From the IMG/VR virus record IMGVR_UViG_3300045988_097708, positions 1-64,000 of that record: a DNA stretch of 64,000 bases; one strand, 5' to 3'. The DNA comes from a virus. Below the pieces are notes generated by a model. It saw nothing but the letters and a program-made list of their open reading frames with translations. It was not told where the DNA came from and searched no databases. The translations under genes were made by a program, and so were the position numbers. This document shows, in pieces, positions 52,382 to 60,264 of the stretch. How positions within the stretch are numbered: the stretch's first letter is position 1; each line of letters starts with the position of its first letter.

Positions 52382-52444
52382 GGTGATTTCTCCTTTCTTG
52401 GTGTTCGGTTTGTGGAGGGGCGGCGTGGCCGCCCCTGTGCGGTT

Positions 52445-52678
52445 TTAGTAGATGGCTTTCCAGTTTGGATCGTGTTCAATGCGGGCAATCATTTCCAGAT
52501 TTTGCCCCTGCTCGTCCAGCTCGGCATCATCCGGGGAATTACTCATATCAAGGTCGATCACGTCAAAATTGACGGTTACGCCGTGAGCGTTTGTATAGGC
52601 GCTCTGCACCAGCCCGCCCTTGATGCAGACGATCACATTTACAACGGGCTGTGCGGTGCTTCTGTTCTGGCTGTTCAT
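52445..52678 (-). CDS. hypothetical protein
   Basis: ORF track, GAGGAGGAAA RBS. Confidence 0.6.
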   Translation of the reverse strand: MNSQNRSTAQPVVNVIVCIKGGLVQSAYTNAHGVTVNFDVIDLDMSNSPDDAELDEQGQNLEMIARIEHDPNWKAIY

Positions 52679-52700
52679 GCGGTTTCCTCCTCACCGTGGT

Positions 52701-53051
52701 TTAGTCGTGCTGTTCAGTCACGGGGTGTTCCCATGTGCTGTCGTGGTGAAAGACGAAATACAGGTGTTCGCCGTAGTTCTGGATGGTGTCCGGGGTGCGG
52801 GTCAGACCGTGGCGGGCGGCGGTGTCGATCACGCCCTGGCGCAGGGCGCGAAGGTCGCGGTAATAGTTCTCGTTCACAACGGGGATATCGAATTTCACCA
52901 GCAGGATCACCTGCTCCATGTGGTCATAAAATCCATCGAGATCAAATTCCACCTTGACGGCGCCGGGGAGGGTCAGCAGGTCGCGCTGCAGCGCGGCGCA
53001 CTGTTCAGAGATGCCGAAGCGGGCGGCGGTGGCGGCGGTGCGGTCGTTCAT
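52701..53051 (-). CDS. hypothetical protein
   Basis: ORF track. Confidence 0.6.
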   Translation of the reverse strand: MNDRTAATAARFGISEQCAALQRDLLTLPGAVKVEFDLDGFYDHMEQVILLVKFDIPVVNENYYRDLRALRQGVIDTAARHGLTRTPDTIQNYGEHLYFVFHHDSTWEHPVTEQHD

Positions 53052-53114
53052 TTTGTTTCCTTTCTGCCCTCGTGACCTCCGGGGCGGGCTGTTCGTGGTG
53101 GGGATGTGGATTTT

Positions 53115-54395
53115 TTAGTCGGGCTGTTCGGGATTTTCACCGCGCTTCCAGCGGCGGAACACCGCCAGGGCGTTTGCCTCGTCGCGGCGGTGCAGCTCCT
53201 GAAGGAAGAAGCGGGCCACGTCGATTTTCTCTTTATCGGTGGGGCTGATGGCGAAAACAGCTCGTTCAAGCTGTTCATCCGTCAGCATTTGCACCGATTC
53301 CAGAATGTCGGCGAAGTCCTGGCGGGCCTGTTCCTGCTCCTGCTGTGCCTGTTCAGCCTTGCGGCGCTTGTATTCTTCCAGCCAGGGCGCGGGCATGACG
53401 GAGACCACGCGCCCGCCCTCGGTGTACTGTTCCAGCAGGTCGGCCACAGCGACGATGGCCGCGCCGGTCTCCTTGTCCTCGTCGGTGGGCTTGCCGCTGC
53501 CAAAATTGCCCTTGTCGCGCAGGAACGCGCCAAAGCTGCGAATGTGGGCGATGAGTCCGCCCTCGTTGTCGCCCAGGTCATAGCGGCCTTTATATGTGTC
53601 CTGCTCGCCGTCGGCGTCGGTGTAGGTGATGGAAAAGCTGGTTTTGTCATAGCCGCGTTCCTGGCCGCTGGCGATTTTCTCATCAAGAGTCTTGAAAATG
53701 ATCTCGGCGGCGGCGACGGAGAATTTCATACCATCATCAAAAGCGCCGTTTTCGCTCCATTCCACGGTGACGACCGGGGCGCCGTCCTTGATGGGGTGCG
53801 CGGCGGCGGTCTGTTCGATGAAAGCGCGGTTTTCGTTGCGGGTGCGGATGGTCTTTTCCCGGCGTTCCAGCTGTTCGGCGTGTTCACGCGCCAGCCGCGC
53901 CGACTCGGCGGCGGTGTTCATCTCGTGGACGGCTTCCACGTCGGCGGCGGTGGGGTGGCCTTTGGGCAGGGTGGCCAGCTCGGCGGCGTTGCGGTCAAGC
54001 TGTGCCTGCCGTCGGTCGATCTCGGCGCGGATGTCCTCCGGCTTGCGCCAGTGGTAGCGGCCCGGCTGCTTGGCGTCCTGCTCATCCTGTTCCAGTTTGG
54101 CGATATACTCAGGCTCGCCGCGCATGGCGGATTTGAGCGCGGCGGCGCGGGCGTACTTATAGAGGGGGTGCGCCGGGGTCAGGGTGGCGCTATCACTATC
54201 AAAATAGTCGGTGTAAAGGTCGGTTTCGTTCTTGACGGTGAACAGGTCGCGGGGGAGGTGGTCATAATCGCGGGCGCTGATGGTCACGCTGTCGCTGCGG
54301 CTGTCGGTGAAGTAGTAACAGCGGATCAGCTTTCCGCCGTTTACCTTGATTCCGTTCCAGAAAAAGCGGATGGATTCGGTTTTGTTGGTGTTCAT
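53115..54395 (-). CDS. large hypothetical protein resembling polyvalent-protein domains of conjugative elements
   Basis: 426 aa; segment VTVEWSENGAFDDGMKFS... recalled as LPD-like; motif copy c lies upstream. Confidence 0.55.
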   Translation of the reverse strand: MNTNKTESIRFFWNGIKVNGGKLIRCYYFTDSRSDSVTISARDYDHLPRDLFTVKNETDLYTDYFDSDSATLTPAHPLYKYARAAALKSAMRGEPEYIAKLEQDEQDAKQPGRYHWRKPEDIRAEIDRRQAQLDRNAAELATLPKGHPTAADVEAVHEMNTAAESARLAREHAEQLERREKTIRTRNENRAFIEQTAAAHPIKDGAPVVTVEWSENGAFDDGMKFSVAAAEIIFKTLDEKIASGQERGYDKTSFSITYTDADGEQDTYKGRYDLGDNEGGLIAHIRSFGAFLRDKGNFGSGKPTDEDKETGAAIVAVADLLEQYTEGGRVVSVMPAPWLEEYKRRKAEQAQQEQEQARQDFADILESVQMLTDEQLERAVFAISPTDKEKIDVARFFLQELHRRDEANALAVFRRWKRGENPEQPD

Positions 54396-54419
54396 TTTGT
54401 GTCCCTCCTGTTGTGTAGT

Positions 54420-54447
54420 CTGTTCCCCGTGTCAAGGGAACAAATTT
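54420..54447 (-). promoter_or_regulatory. CCCTTGACACGG motif copy c
   Basis: Minus strand gttCCCTTGACACGGGGaacagacTACACA, about 30 nt upstream of ATG 54395. Confidence 0.5.
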
Positions 54448-54504
54448 ACTTTTCTCGATGGGGTGGAGCTGGTGCGCCCAACTCCCCAGAGGCGGCGCGG
54501 CTGT

Positions 54505-54606
54505 TCAGCGTTTGCGGGGCTGGTCGATCCGGTCCAGCAGGCGAACAAAAAGCGCCGCCAGGGTGGCGGCGCCGGTGGCGGTGACGATGTAGGAAAAGAC
54601 GGTCAT
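54505..54606 (-). CDS. 33-aa hydrophobic peptide
   Basis: GAAAGGAGG RBS; MTVFSYIVTATGAATLAALFVRLL... Confidence 0.45.
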   Translation of the reverse strand: MTVFSYIVTATGAATLAALFVRLLDRIDQPRKR

Positions 54607-55028
54607 AGGGCGGCGGCCTCCTTTCTGTAGATTTTCCAGTTTTCGCAAGTGGTCATTGTGCGGCTGCCCGGTAAAACGGTATCGCAATATAGGCCGGTTT
54701 CGACCGTGCGAAACTCGCAGCGATCCAGATATAAGAGGCTGTTTTCGTTGGCCTGTTCTTCTGTGAGGGTGTAGGGACGCAGACAGCAGACAACGGCGCC
54801 GGAGTGGGTGAAATACTCGCCGGGGGTGGCGTTCTCGGCGGTCAGCTCCGGCAGCACGTCCGCACAGGTCGCGCCGCGCAGAAAATGCGCCTCGATGTAT
54901 GCGGGGCGCTGGGCCTCCGGGATGGCGGGCAGGTTGTGCAAGTGGTGGCGGGCAAGCTGGGCGGCCTGCTCCTTTGTGGCCTCGTGCCAGGGGGTGAAAC
55001 GTCCCTGGATTTCGATTTTCTCTTGCAT
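54603..55028 (-). CDS. hypothetical protein
   Basis: GAAAGGAAAA RBS before the internal ATG of ORF 54603-55058. Confidence 0.6.
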   Translation of the reverse strand: MQEKIEIQGRFTPWHEATKEQAAQLARHHLHNLPAIPEAQRPAYIEAHFLRGATCADVLPELTAENATPGEYFTHSGAVVCCLRPYTLTEEQANENSLLYLDRCEFRTVETGLYCDTVLPGSRTMTTCENWKIYRKEAAAL

Positions 55029-55130
55029 TATGTTTTCCTTTCTGCCCTGTTCGGGCATGAAAAAAGCGCTCCCGGAAAATCTCCGGGGGCGCTGTTCGTG
55101 TTTTGCCCCGCATTTTTCCGGGGCTGCTGT

Positions 55131-55394
55131 TCAGGTGGTGGGGGTGATCTGCTCCGACTGTTCCGCCGGGGCGGGCTGTTCCGCGGTCATCGTCTGGCCG
55201 TCCGGCAGGTGGAAGGACACCGAGAAGCCACAGCCCAGGGCGGCGGCGATGGCGGCCAAGGATGAAACATACCAATTGTCATTGTTGATTTTTTGGTTGA
55301 TGTTCTGCGGGGTGGTGCCCATGCGCCGCGCTAATTCGCTTCCGCTGATATTGTACTCCAGCAGGAGACGCCGCACGAGTTTAGAAACCTGCAT
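55131..55394 (-). CDS. XRE-family repressor (CI-like)
   Basis: LVRRLLLEYNISGSELARRMGTTPQNINQKINN HTH; first gene leftward of the divergent promoter region. Confidence 0.8.
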   Translation of the reverse strand: MQVSKLVRRLLLEYNISGSELARRMGTTPQNINQKINNDNWYVSSLAAIAAALGCGFSVSFHLPDGQTMTAEQPAPAEQSEQITPTT

Positions 55395-55457
55395 TTTGTA
55401 TCACCTCTTTCCGGGCGGCCTGCTTATAGTCTACCGGTAAAGCCGCTTTTTGTGCAT

Positions 55458-55486
55458 AGCTTACAACGATTTGTTTAATTTGTCAA
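55458..55486 (-). promoter_or_regulatory. leftward promoter TTGACA-17-TAAGCT
   Basis: Seen directly. Confidence 0.55.
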
Positions 55487-55527
55487 GTTGCACATTTCCA
55501 ATTGAAATAATTTGTTGAAAGTGACAG

Positions 55528-55556
55528 TTGCAAATTGAAAGTAATTCCTTTATAAT
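55528..55556 (+). promoter_or_regulatory. rightward promoter TTGCAA-17-TATAAT with repeated AGTTGCA(C/A)..TTGAAA operator-like elements
   Basis: Repeats at 55485-55507 and 55525-55541. Confidence 0.65.
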
Positions 55557-55600
55557 ATCAAGTAGAAACATTCAATAAATATTTTTTGGAGGTCGACAAC

Positions 55601-56056
55601 ATGAAAAAGTATTTCAATGTAAGTTTCCAGTACAGCGAAAGCGTTTACTGTGCCAACATCGCACACGCCGAGAGCGCCGAGGCCGTGGAGGCGCACTATT
55701 CCGCAAAATATGAATGGTGCAAGGTCTCCGAGGCCACCGCCGCCGACGTGGAGGAAGCCAAGCGGAAAGGAAAGCCGATTGTTGAAATCGAGCCCGCGCC
55801 GAAAATGCCCATTTTGACGATCAACCAGCAGGAGCGCGAAGCCCTGGAGAAGTCTGGCGAGTGGTGCCCCGCGATGGCCCGGGAGTGCATGAACCGAAAC
55901 GGCATCAATTTTGACGACATCGAGGACATCAATAACCACTACGAGACGCACCGATGGGGCAGCGACGCCGACAGGCGTTACCGCAAAAGCGCAGTTGCAA
56001 AGGCCGTTGCAAAGGTGGCCGCGAATCCGCGGGACTATATCAGGCGGACCGCCTGA
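55601..56056 (+). CDS. hypothetical early protein
   Basis: GGAGG 8 nt before ATG 55601. Confidence 0.65.
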   Translation: MKKYFNVSFQYSESVYCANIAHAESAEAVEAHYSAKYEWCKVSEATAADVEEAKRKGKPIVEIEPAPKMPILTINQQEREALEKSGEWCPAMARECMNRNGINFDDIEDINNHYETHRWGSDADRRYRKSAVAKAVAKVAANPRDYIRRTA

Positions 56057-56124
56057 CGTTTCCGGAGGGGTTGAGCGTATCAGCCCCGCCCCATAACTAC
56101 TATTTACAAGGAGGACGACAGACA

Positions 56125-56730
56125 ATGAACGAGAACACCAAGACCGCCCGCGCCGAGTGGGAGAGCATGAGCGGGGAACAGCAGTACAAGGCGCTTGTGG
56201 CGATGGCCTGGACCGTGCGCCGGAAGGCAGAGGCCCGCAACCAGACCGGCGCCGCGTGGATCGAGACCGAGGACGACGCGCAGACCGTAGCCGCCGACGC
56301 CTGGACTCGGATGGGCGCCGCGCTGGATCGTAACGAGGCCCAGGACGCGCCCGCGCCGCTGGCGGTGATCCTGTACCGGGCAGCAGCCCAGGCCGCGCAC
56401 AGCATAAGCAGGGCCGAGCAGAGACACGCCCGCGCCATATCTGCCACCATTGACGACGACGGCGCCGAGCGCTGGCAGATCGACACCGAGGCCGGGACGG
56501 ACTGCGACGCGATAGCACCCAGCCCGGAGGCCGCCGCGATCCTGCGCGAGAGCGTGGAGAGCGTCGCCCGGGATCAGGTGGACCGCGTAGCGCTGACCAT
56601 GACCGCCCGCGGGTACACTACGGCGGAGATAGCCGCCGCGCTGATGGTTGACCGGTCCACCATTTCCCGCCGCCTGTACGCCATGCGGGACCGCTACCAC
56701 GCGCAGCAGGGAGAGGAGGCGGAGGCATGA
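56125..56730 (+). CDS. sigma-70-family-like transcription factor (region 4 HTH)
   Basis: AAGGAGGA RBS; C-terminal LTMTARGYTTAEIAAALMVDRSTISRRLYAMR. Confidence 0.6.
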   Translation: MNENTKTARAEWESMSGEQQYKALVAMAWTVRRKAEARNQTGAAWIETEDDAQTVAADAWTRMGAALDRNEAQDAPAPLAVILYRAAAQAAHSISRAEQRHARAISATIDDDGAERWQIDTEAGTDCDAIAPSPEAAAILRESVESVARDQVDRVALTMTARGYTTAEIAAALMVDRSTISRRLYAMRDRYHAQQGEEAEA

Positions 56731-56987
56731 GCAGGACGGAGCAGAAGCAGGCAGAAGGGCGCTTTTTGGAGTTCCGCGACCTGGAAGAGCTGGCCGAGCA
56801 TATCGGCTTATACTACCCGGAGGAAATCCACGTTTTCGCCGCCGTGGAACACTGGTACACCGAGGACGACCAAGGGGATCCGCACCTTGACCGGGACGAG
56901 CTGAACGACTTTTTAAGGCGCTACGGCGCGGGCATCGTATGCCAGAGCCTGGCCGGCGGCATCTATTGCGAGATCATAGAGGACTAA
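56727..56987 (+). CDS. hypothetical protein
   Basis: ATGA overlap. Confidence 0.6.
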   Translation: MSRTEQKQAEGRFLEFRDLEELAEHIGLYYPEEIHVFAAVEHWYTEDDQGDPHLDRDELNDFLRRYGAGIVCQSLAGGIYCEIIED

Positions 56988-57030
56988 CCACGGACGCGCC
57001 CAGCAGGGCGCAGGAAGGAGACAAGGCACC

Positions 57031-57129
57031 ATGACGACCAACAACACCACCAGCCCGGGAACCCTGTACAACATCGCCCCAGAGGGCAAAGCGCAGCTAT
57101 ACACCGCCGCGGAGATCGTCACCGCCTGA
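57031..57129 (+). CDS. possible 32-aa peptide
   Basis: AGGAAGGAGA RBS 10 nt upstream; hand translation MTTNNTTSPGTLYNIAPEGKAQLYTAAEIVTA. Confidence 0.35.
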   Translation: MTTNNTTSPGTLYNIAPEGKAQLYTAAEIVTA

Positions 57130-57718
57130 CCCAGAACAGACAACCGAAGAAGAGCAAACCAGCACCGCCAGGACGGAACCAAAACCGCCCCAGCGGTGCT
57201 AATTTTATGCCCGTGTAGATTTTTGACAATGCCCCCGCAAATATAGAAATCGAACAGAAACGCCCCGCCACGCTTTCCTGTAGTTGAGGGAACGCCCCGA
57301 CACCGACCCCCAGAGAAAAACGCCGTCAGCAGCCCCGCAGAGGGCAAAGAAGCGGGAAAGAGCAGCAGCCCCTCACGCGTGCGCGCGCGTTTATTCCGGG
57401 CGCGGTTGAATAAAGAAAGAATATATCCCCGTATATAACCACCCCAGCGGAACAGAAACGAGCGCCAAAGCCCCCAGCAGGACATACGAAGCAGGAGAAC
57501 AACGGAGAAAAACGGAGACCACCAGCGGGGAGCGCTGACCAGAAGAAAAGAGCAGCGGAGAGGGGAGGGGAGAGGAGTCGCCCAGCGACCTATGTTCCAG
57601 GCCGAACGGCGGGCAGACGGTGACCGGCAGCGGCGGCGGCTGCCCCTGCTCCCAACGGCAAACATCAGGCAAGCACAGCCCACCACTAGCGAAGGGCGGC
57701 AAAACTGGCAAAATTTCC

Positions 57719-57846
57719 GCGCAAGAAACGAAATGCAAGATAACTTGCAAGAAAAAACACATTCGTTTGCATTATATATAGTAATACAAACGAAAGACTG
57801 CACCAGCGGCGCGCTTTTCTTGCAAAATCGCCGCAAAAATGCAAGA
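57719..57846. repeat. iteron-like TGCAAGA repeats flanking an AT-centred palindrome
   Basis: GCAAGA 57721, TGCAAGA 57734, 57746, 57840, inverted TCTTGCA 57818; palindrome TCGTTTG(57763)...CAAACGA(57793). Confidence 0.6.
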
Positions 57847-58069
57847 AGCCCCGCCGATGGGCGGCAGGCTCCGCGAAATGCTGACCACCGAGGGGCCCAG
57901 AGGGGGGCAGGTTTACAATTCGGAAGGCGCGCAACTTTCTCTCGTGCCCCGCAACTCTCCTTCCCGTCTCCATGTTCCTTTTCAAGGCCCTTATACGGTA
58001 ATTAAAACAATAAACGGTGCTTTGGCAAGTTACCGGCAGGTTAGGGGTAGGGGGGTGGTTTTGAAACCG

Positions 58070-58106
58070 GGTCGAAAAAACAAAACGGTCAAAAGGTCGA
58101 GGTCGA
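58070..58106. repeat. GGTCGA/GGTCAA repeats with A-tracts
   Basis: Copies at 58070, 58087, 58095, 58101. Confidence 0.5.
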
Positions 58107-58197
58107 AAAATAAAAATTTCGGCGGGCGCAAGCGCCATATATGTGAGGGGAAGGTACGGCCTTTGTGCGGCGGTGGTGCAAGGGTGGCGGCATGGTG

Positions 58198-58252
58198 TTG
58201 ACACGGATGTTGCGTTGTGGTGAAAAAAGTTTTTCTGTTTCCCTTGACACGG
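58198..58252 (+). promoter_or_regulatory. TTGACACGG motif copies e and d (tandem), upstream of the 58320 operon
   Basis: TTGACACGG at 58198; tttCCCTTGACACGGCG at 58238-58254. Confidence 0.5.
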
Positions 58253-58319
58253 CGATTAAACTACCGGTTGCCAAAGGGCTGGGAACAAGTGGTCGGCAAG
58301 TTAGAGGAGGTGGGGCTAA

Positions 58320-58739
58320 ATGCTTCTAGTCGAGATTGCGGCGCAATACGCAGAGAGCGCCGAGAGAGTGCGGATGCAGATACAACGGCTACGGTGGGCA
58401 GAGGCACCATCCCCGTACATAGAAAATAGGCTGCGCGAGGTGTATCGCGAGCTGCGGCGTGCGGAGAAAGCCTGCCGGTCATATTACGAGAGGGGGTATT
58501 GGCTCGATGAGGAGTTCAGAGCCGACTATGCCGCGAGAAACTGTTATGGAAAACCTGTTGGGCGCACAAAGGTTTCGGGACGAGAGGGCAGAGGACAACG
58601 CAGAAAGGCTTCTTCGGCTGAAAAGAAAACTGCCGGCGGCGCTGTCCAAGTTGCCGGAGAAACAGCGGATGTACTTATTGGCGTACTATTCGGAGCACCT
58701 GACAATGGAGCAGCTGGCAGAGCGGTTCGGGGTAAATAA
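58320..58739 (+). CDS. hypothetical protein; 3' extent uncertain (overlaps the next gene by about 210 nt)
   Basis: GAGGAGGTGGGG RBS. The first about 70 aa look coding; the remainder is Gly/Arg/Ala-rich. Confidence 0.4.
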   Translation: MLLVEIAAQYAESAERVRMQIQRLRWAEAPSPYIENRLREVYRELRRAEKACRSYYERGYWLDEEFRADYAARNCYGKPVGRTKVSGREGRGQRRKASSAEKKTAGGAVQVAGETADVLIGVLFGAPDNGAAGRAVRGK

Positions 58740-58809
58740 ATCGACGGTGAGCCGAAGCGTGAACCGTGCGAAAAAAACTTTGCAGGACTATCTACAGTTC
58801 TGCCTGTGA
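58528..58809 (+). CDS. sigma-70 region-4-like HTH protein
   Basis: LPEKQRMYLLAYYSEHLTMEQLAERFGVNKSTVSRSVNRAKKTL. Confidence 0.65.
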   Translation: MPRETVMENLLGAQRFRDERAEDNAERLLRLKRKLPAALSKLPEKQRMYLLAYYSEHLTMEQLAERFGVNKSTVSRSVNRAKKTLQDYLQFCL

Positions 58810-59903
58810 TGGAAGTGGGAACGAGATACATGGGACGGATAAACCAGCCGCTGACGAATGAGGCGGCAAGGAAACTGATGGCGCTGGACGTGCAGGACAA
58901 GGAGATACTGACCTACGAAAAGCTGGACGAGTGGTACACCGCATGGGGCGGGCAGTGTTATGTCAGTTTCTCCGGCGGCAAGGACAGCACGGTGCTGGCG
59001 TATCTGGCGGCGCGGTACCTGTCGAGCTTCAGGACACCGCCGTGGGAGCTGAACTTGGTGTTTGTGAACACTGGGCTGGAGTACCCAGAGATACAGAAGT
59101 TTGTCAACGAGTACGCCGACTGGCTGCGGAGGGAGTTCCCCCGCGTGACCGTAAACCTTCACCGTCTACGCCCGAAGATGAACATTCGGCAGGTGGTGAC
59201 GAAGTACGGGTATAGCGTCATAGGAAAAGATGTGGCGCACCGGATAGAAACAGCGCGGCGATCACCGGAGAGCCGAAGTATGAAGCTATTGCGTGGGGAA
59301 GTCTTACGCGCCGATGGGGAAAAGAGTATGTACAACTGTGAAAAGTGGGAGTATTTGCTTTCGGCTCCATTTCTCATATCAGACAGGTGCTGTGGAATTA
59401 TGAAAAAGTCCCCGTCAAAGAGCTATGAGCACCGAGCGAATGTCAAACCCACGACGGCAACAATGGCAGAGGAAAGTCTGCTGCGTATGCAAAAATGGCG
59501 CGAAACCGGCTGCAACGCTTTTGAGGGAAAGCGTCCCTTATCTAAGCCCATGAGCTTTTGGACGGAGCAGGATGTGCTGCGCTTCATCATAGACCGCCAG
59601 CTTCCCTACGCCAGCGTGTACGGCGACATCGTAGCCAGCGACGGCGAGAACGACTACGATGCGACGCTGGTGGACTGCAATCTGCACTGCACGGGATGCC
59701 AGAGGACGGGATGTATGTTTTGCGCGTTCGGGGCGCACCTCGAAAAGGGCGTCAACCGCTTTGAACGCATGAAACTGACGCACCCGAAGCACTACCAATT
59801 CTGCATCGGCGGCGGCGCATTTGACATGGACGGGCTGTGGAAGCCCACGAAAGACGGCCTCGGTTATGCGCGGGTGCTAGACTACATCGGAGTGAGGTAT
59901 TGA
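58809..59903 (+). CDS. PAPS-reductase-family PP-loop protein (DndC/TtcA-like) with C-terminal Cys cluster
   Basis: VSFSGGKDST PP-loop; CTGCQRTGCMFC cluster. Confidence 0.75.
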   Translation: MEVGTRYMGRINQPLTNEAARKLMALDVQDKEILTYEKLDEWYTAWGGQCYVSFSGGKDSTVLAYLAARYLSSFRTPPWELNLVFVNTGLEYPEIQKFVNEYADWLRREFPRVTVNLHRLRPKMNIRQVVTKYGYSVIGKDVAHRIETARRSPESRSMKLLRGEVLRADGEKSMYNCEKWEYLLSAPFLISDRCCGIMKKSPSKSYEHRANVKPTTATMAEESLLRMQKWRETGCNAFEGKRPLSKPMSFWTEQDVLRFIIDRQLPYASVYGDIVASDGENDYDATLVDCNLHCTGCQRTGCMFCAFGAHLEKGVNRFERMKLTHPKHYQFCIGGGAFDMDGLWKPTKDGLGYARVLDYIGVRY

Positions 59904-59904
59904 G

Positions 59905-60264
59905 ATGAGCATTGGATATGCGGAGAAGAGTGCGCTTTTCAATGAAGTTCAAAAGGCACTGAAAGCACTCAATCTAAGGGCGAAGCAGTACGGCGTTGAC
60001 GAGGTTTATAACTGGTGCAAGTTCGTCCTGGGCGCGAAGCCGGGGAGCTTTACCGAGGGACAGCAGATCGCGGCGGCGTTCTTCATGCAGACCGTACACA
60101 AGTTCCTTGATGGTCTTGCAGATGTGGGCGATATAGGCAGGGCAGAACCCCGGCCGACATTTATGGAGTTCAAGCCGAAGGTGACATACCGCCTTGACGA
60201 ACAGATCTGGTGGAAGTTGCTTCAGGCGCGAGCACTTGGAGGTGAGATGATATGTCATCTATAA
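59905..60264 (+). CDS. hypothetical protein
   Basis: ORF track. Confidence 0.6.
   Translation: MSIGYAEKSALFNEVQKALKALNLRAKQYGVDEVYNWCKFVLGAKPGSFTEGQQIAAAFFMQTVHKFLDGLADVGDIGRAEPRPTFMEFKPKVTYRLDEQIWWKLLQARALGGEMICHL

Noticed and set aside
56913-57836. 307-aa minus-strand ORF and 137-aa plus-strand ORF (57592-58005) in the T-depleted region
   Set aside because: The products are low-complexity (Arg/Ser/Leu/Cys or Arg/Gln/Gly), there is no RBS, and the open frames are explained by base-composition skew (few T means few stop codons).
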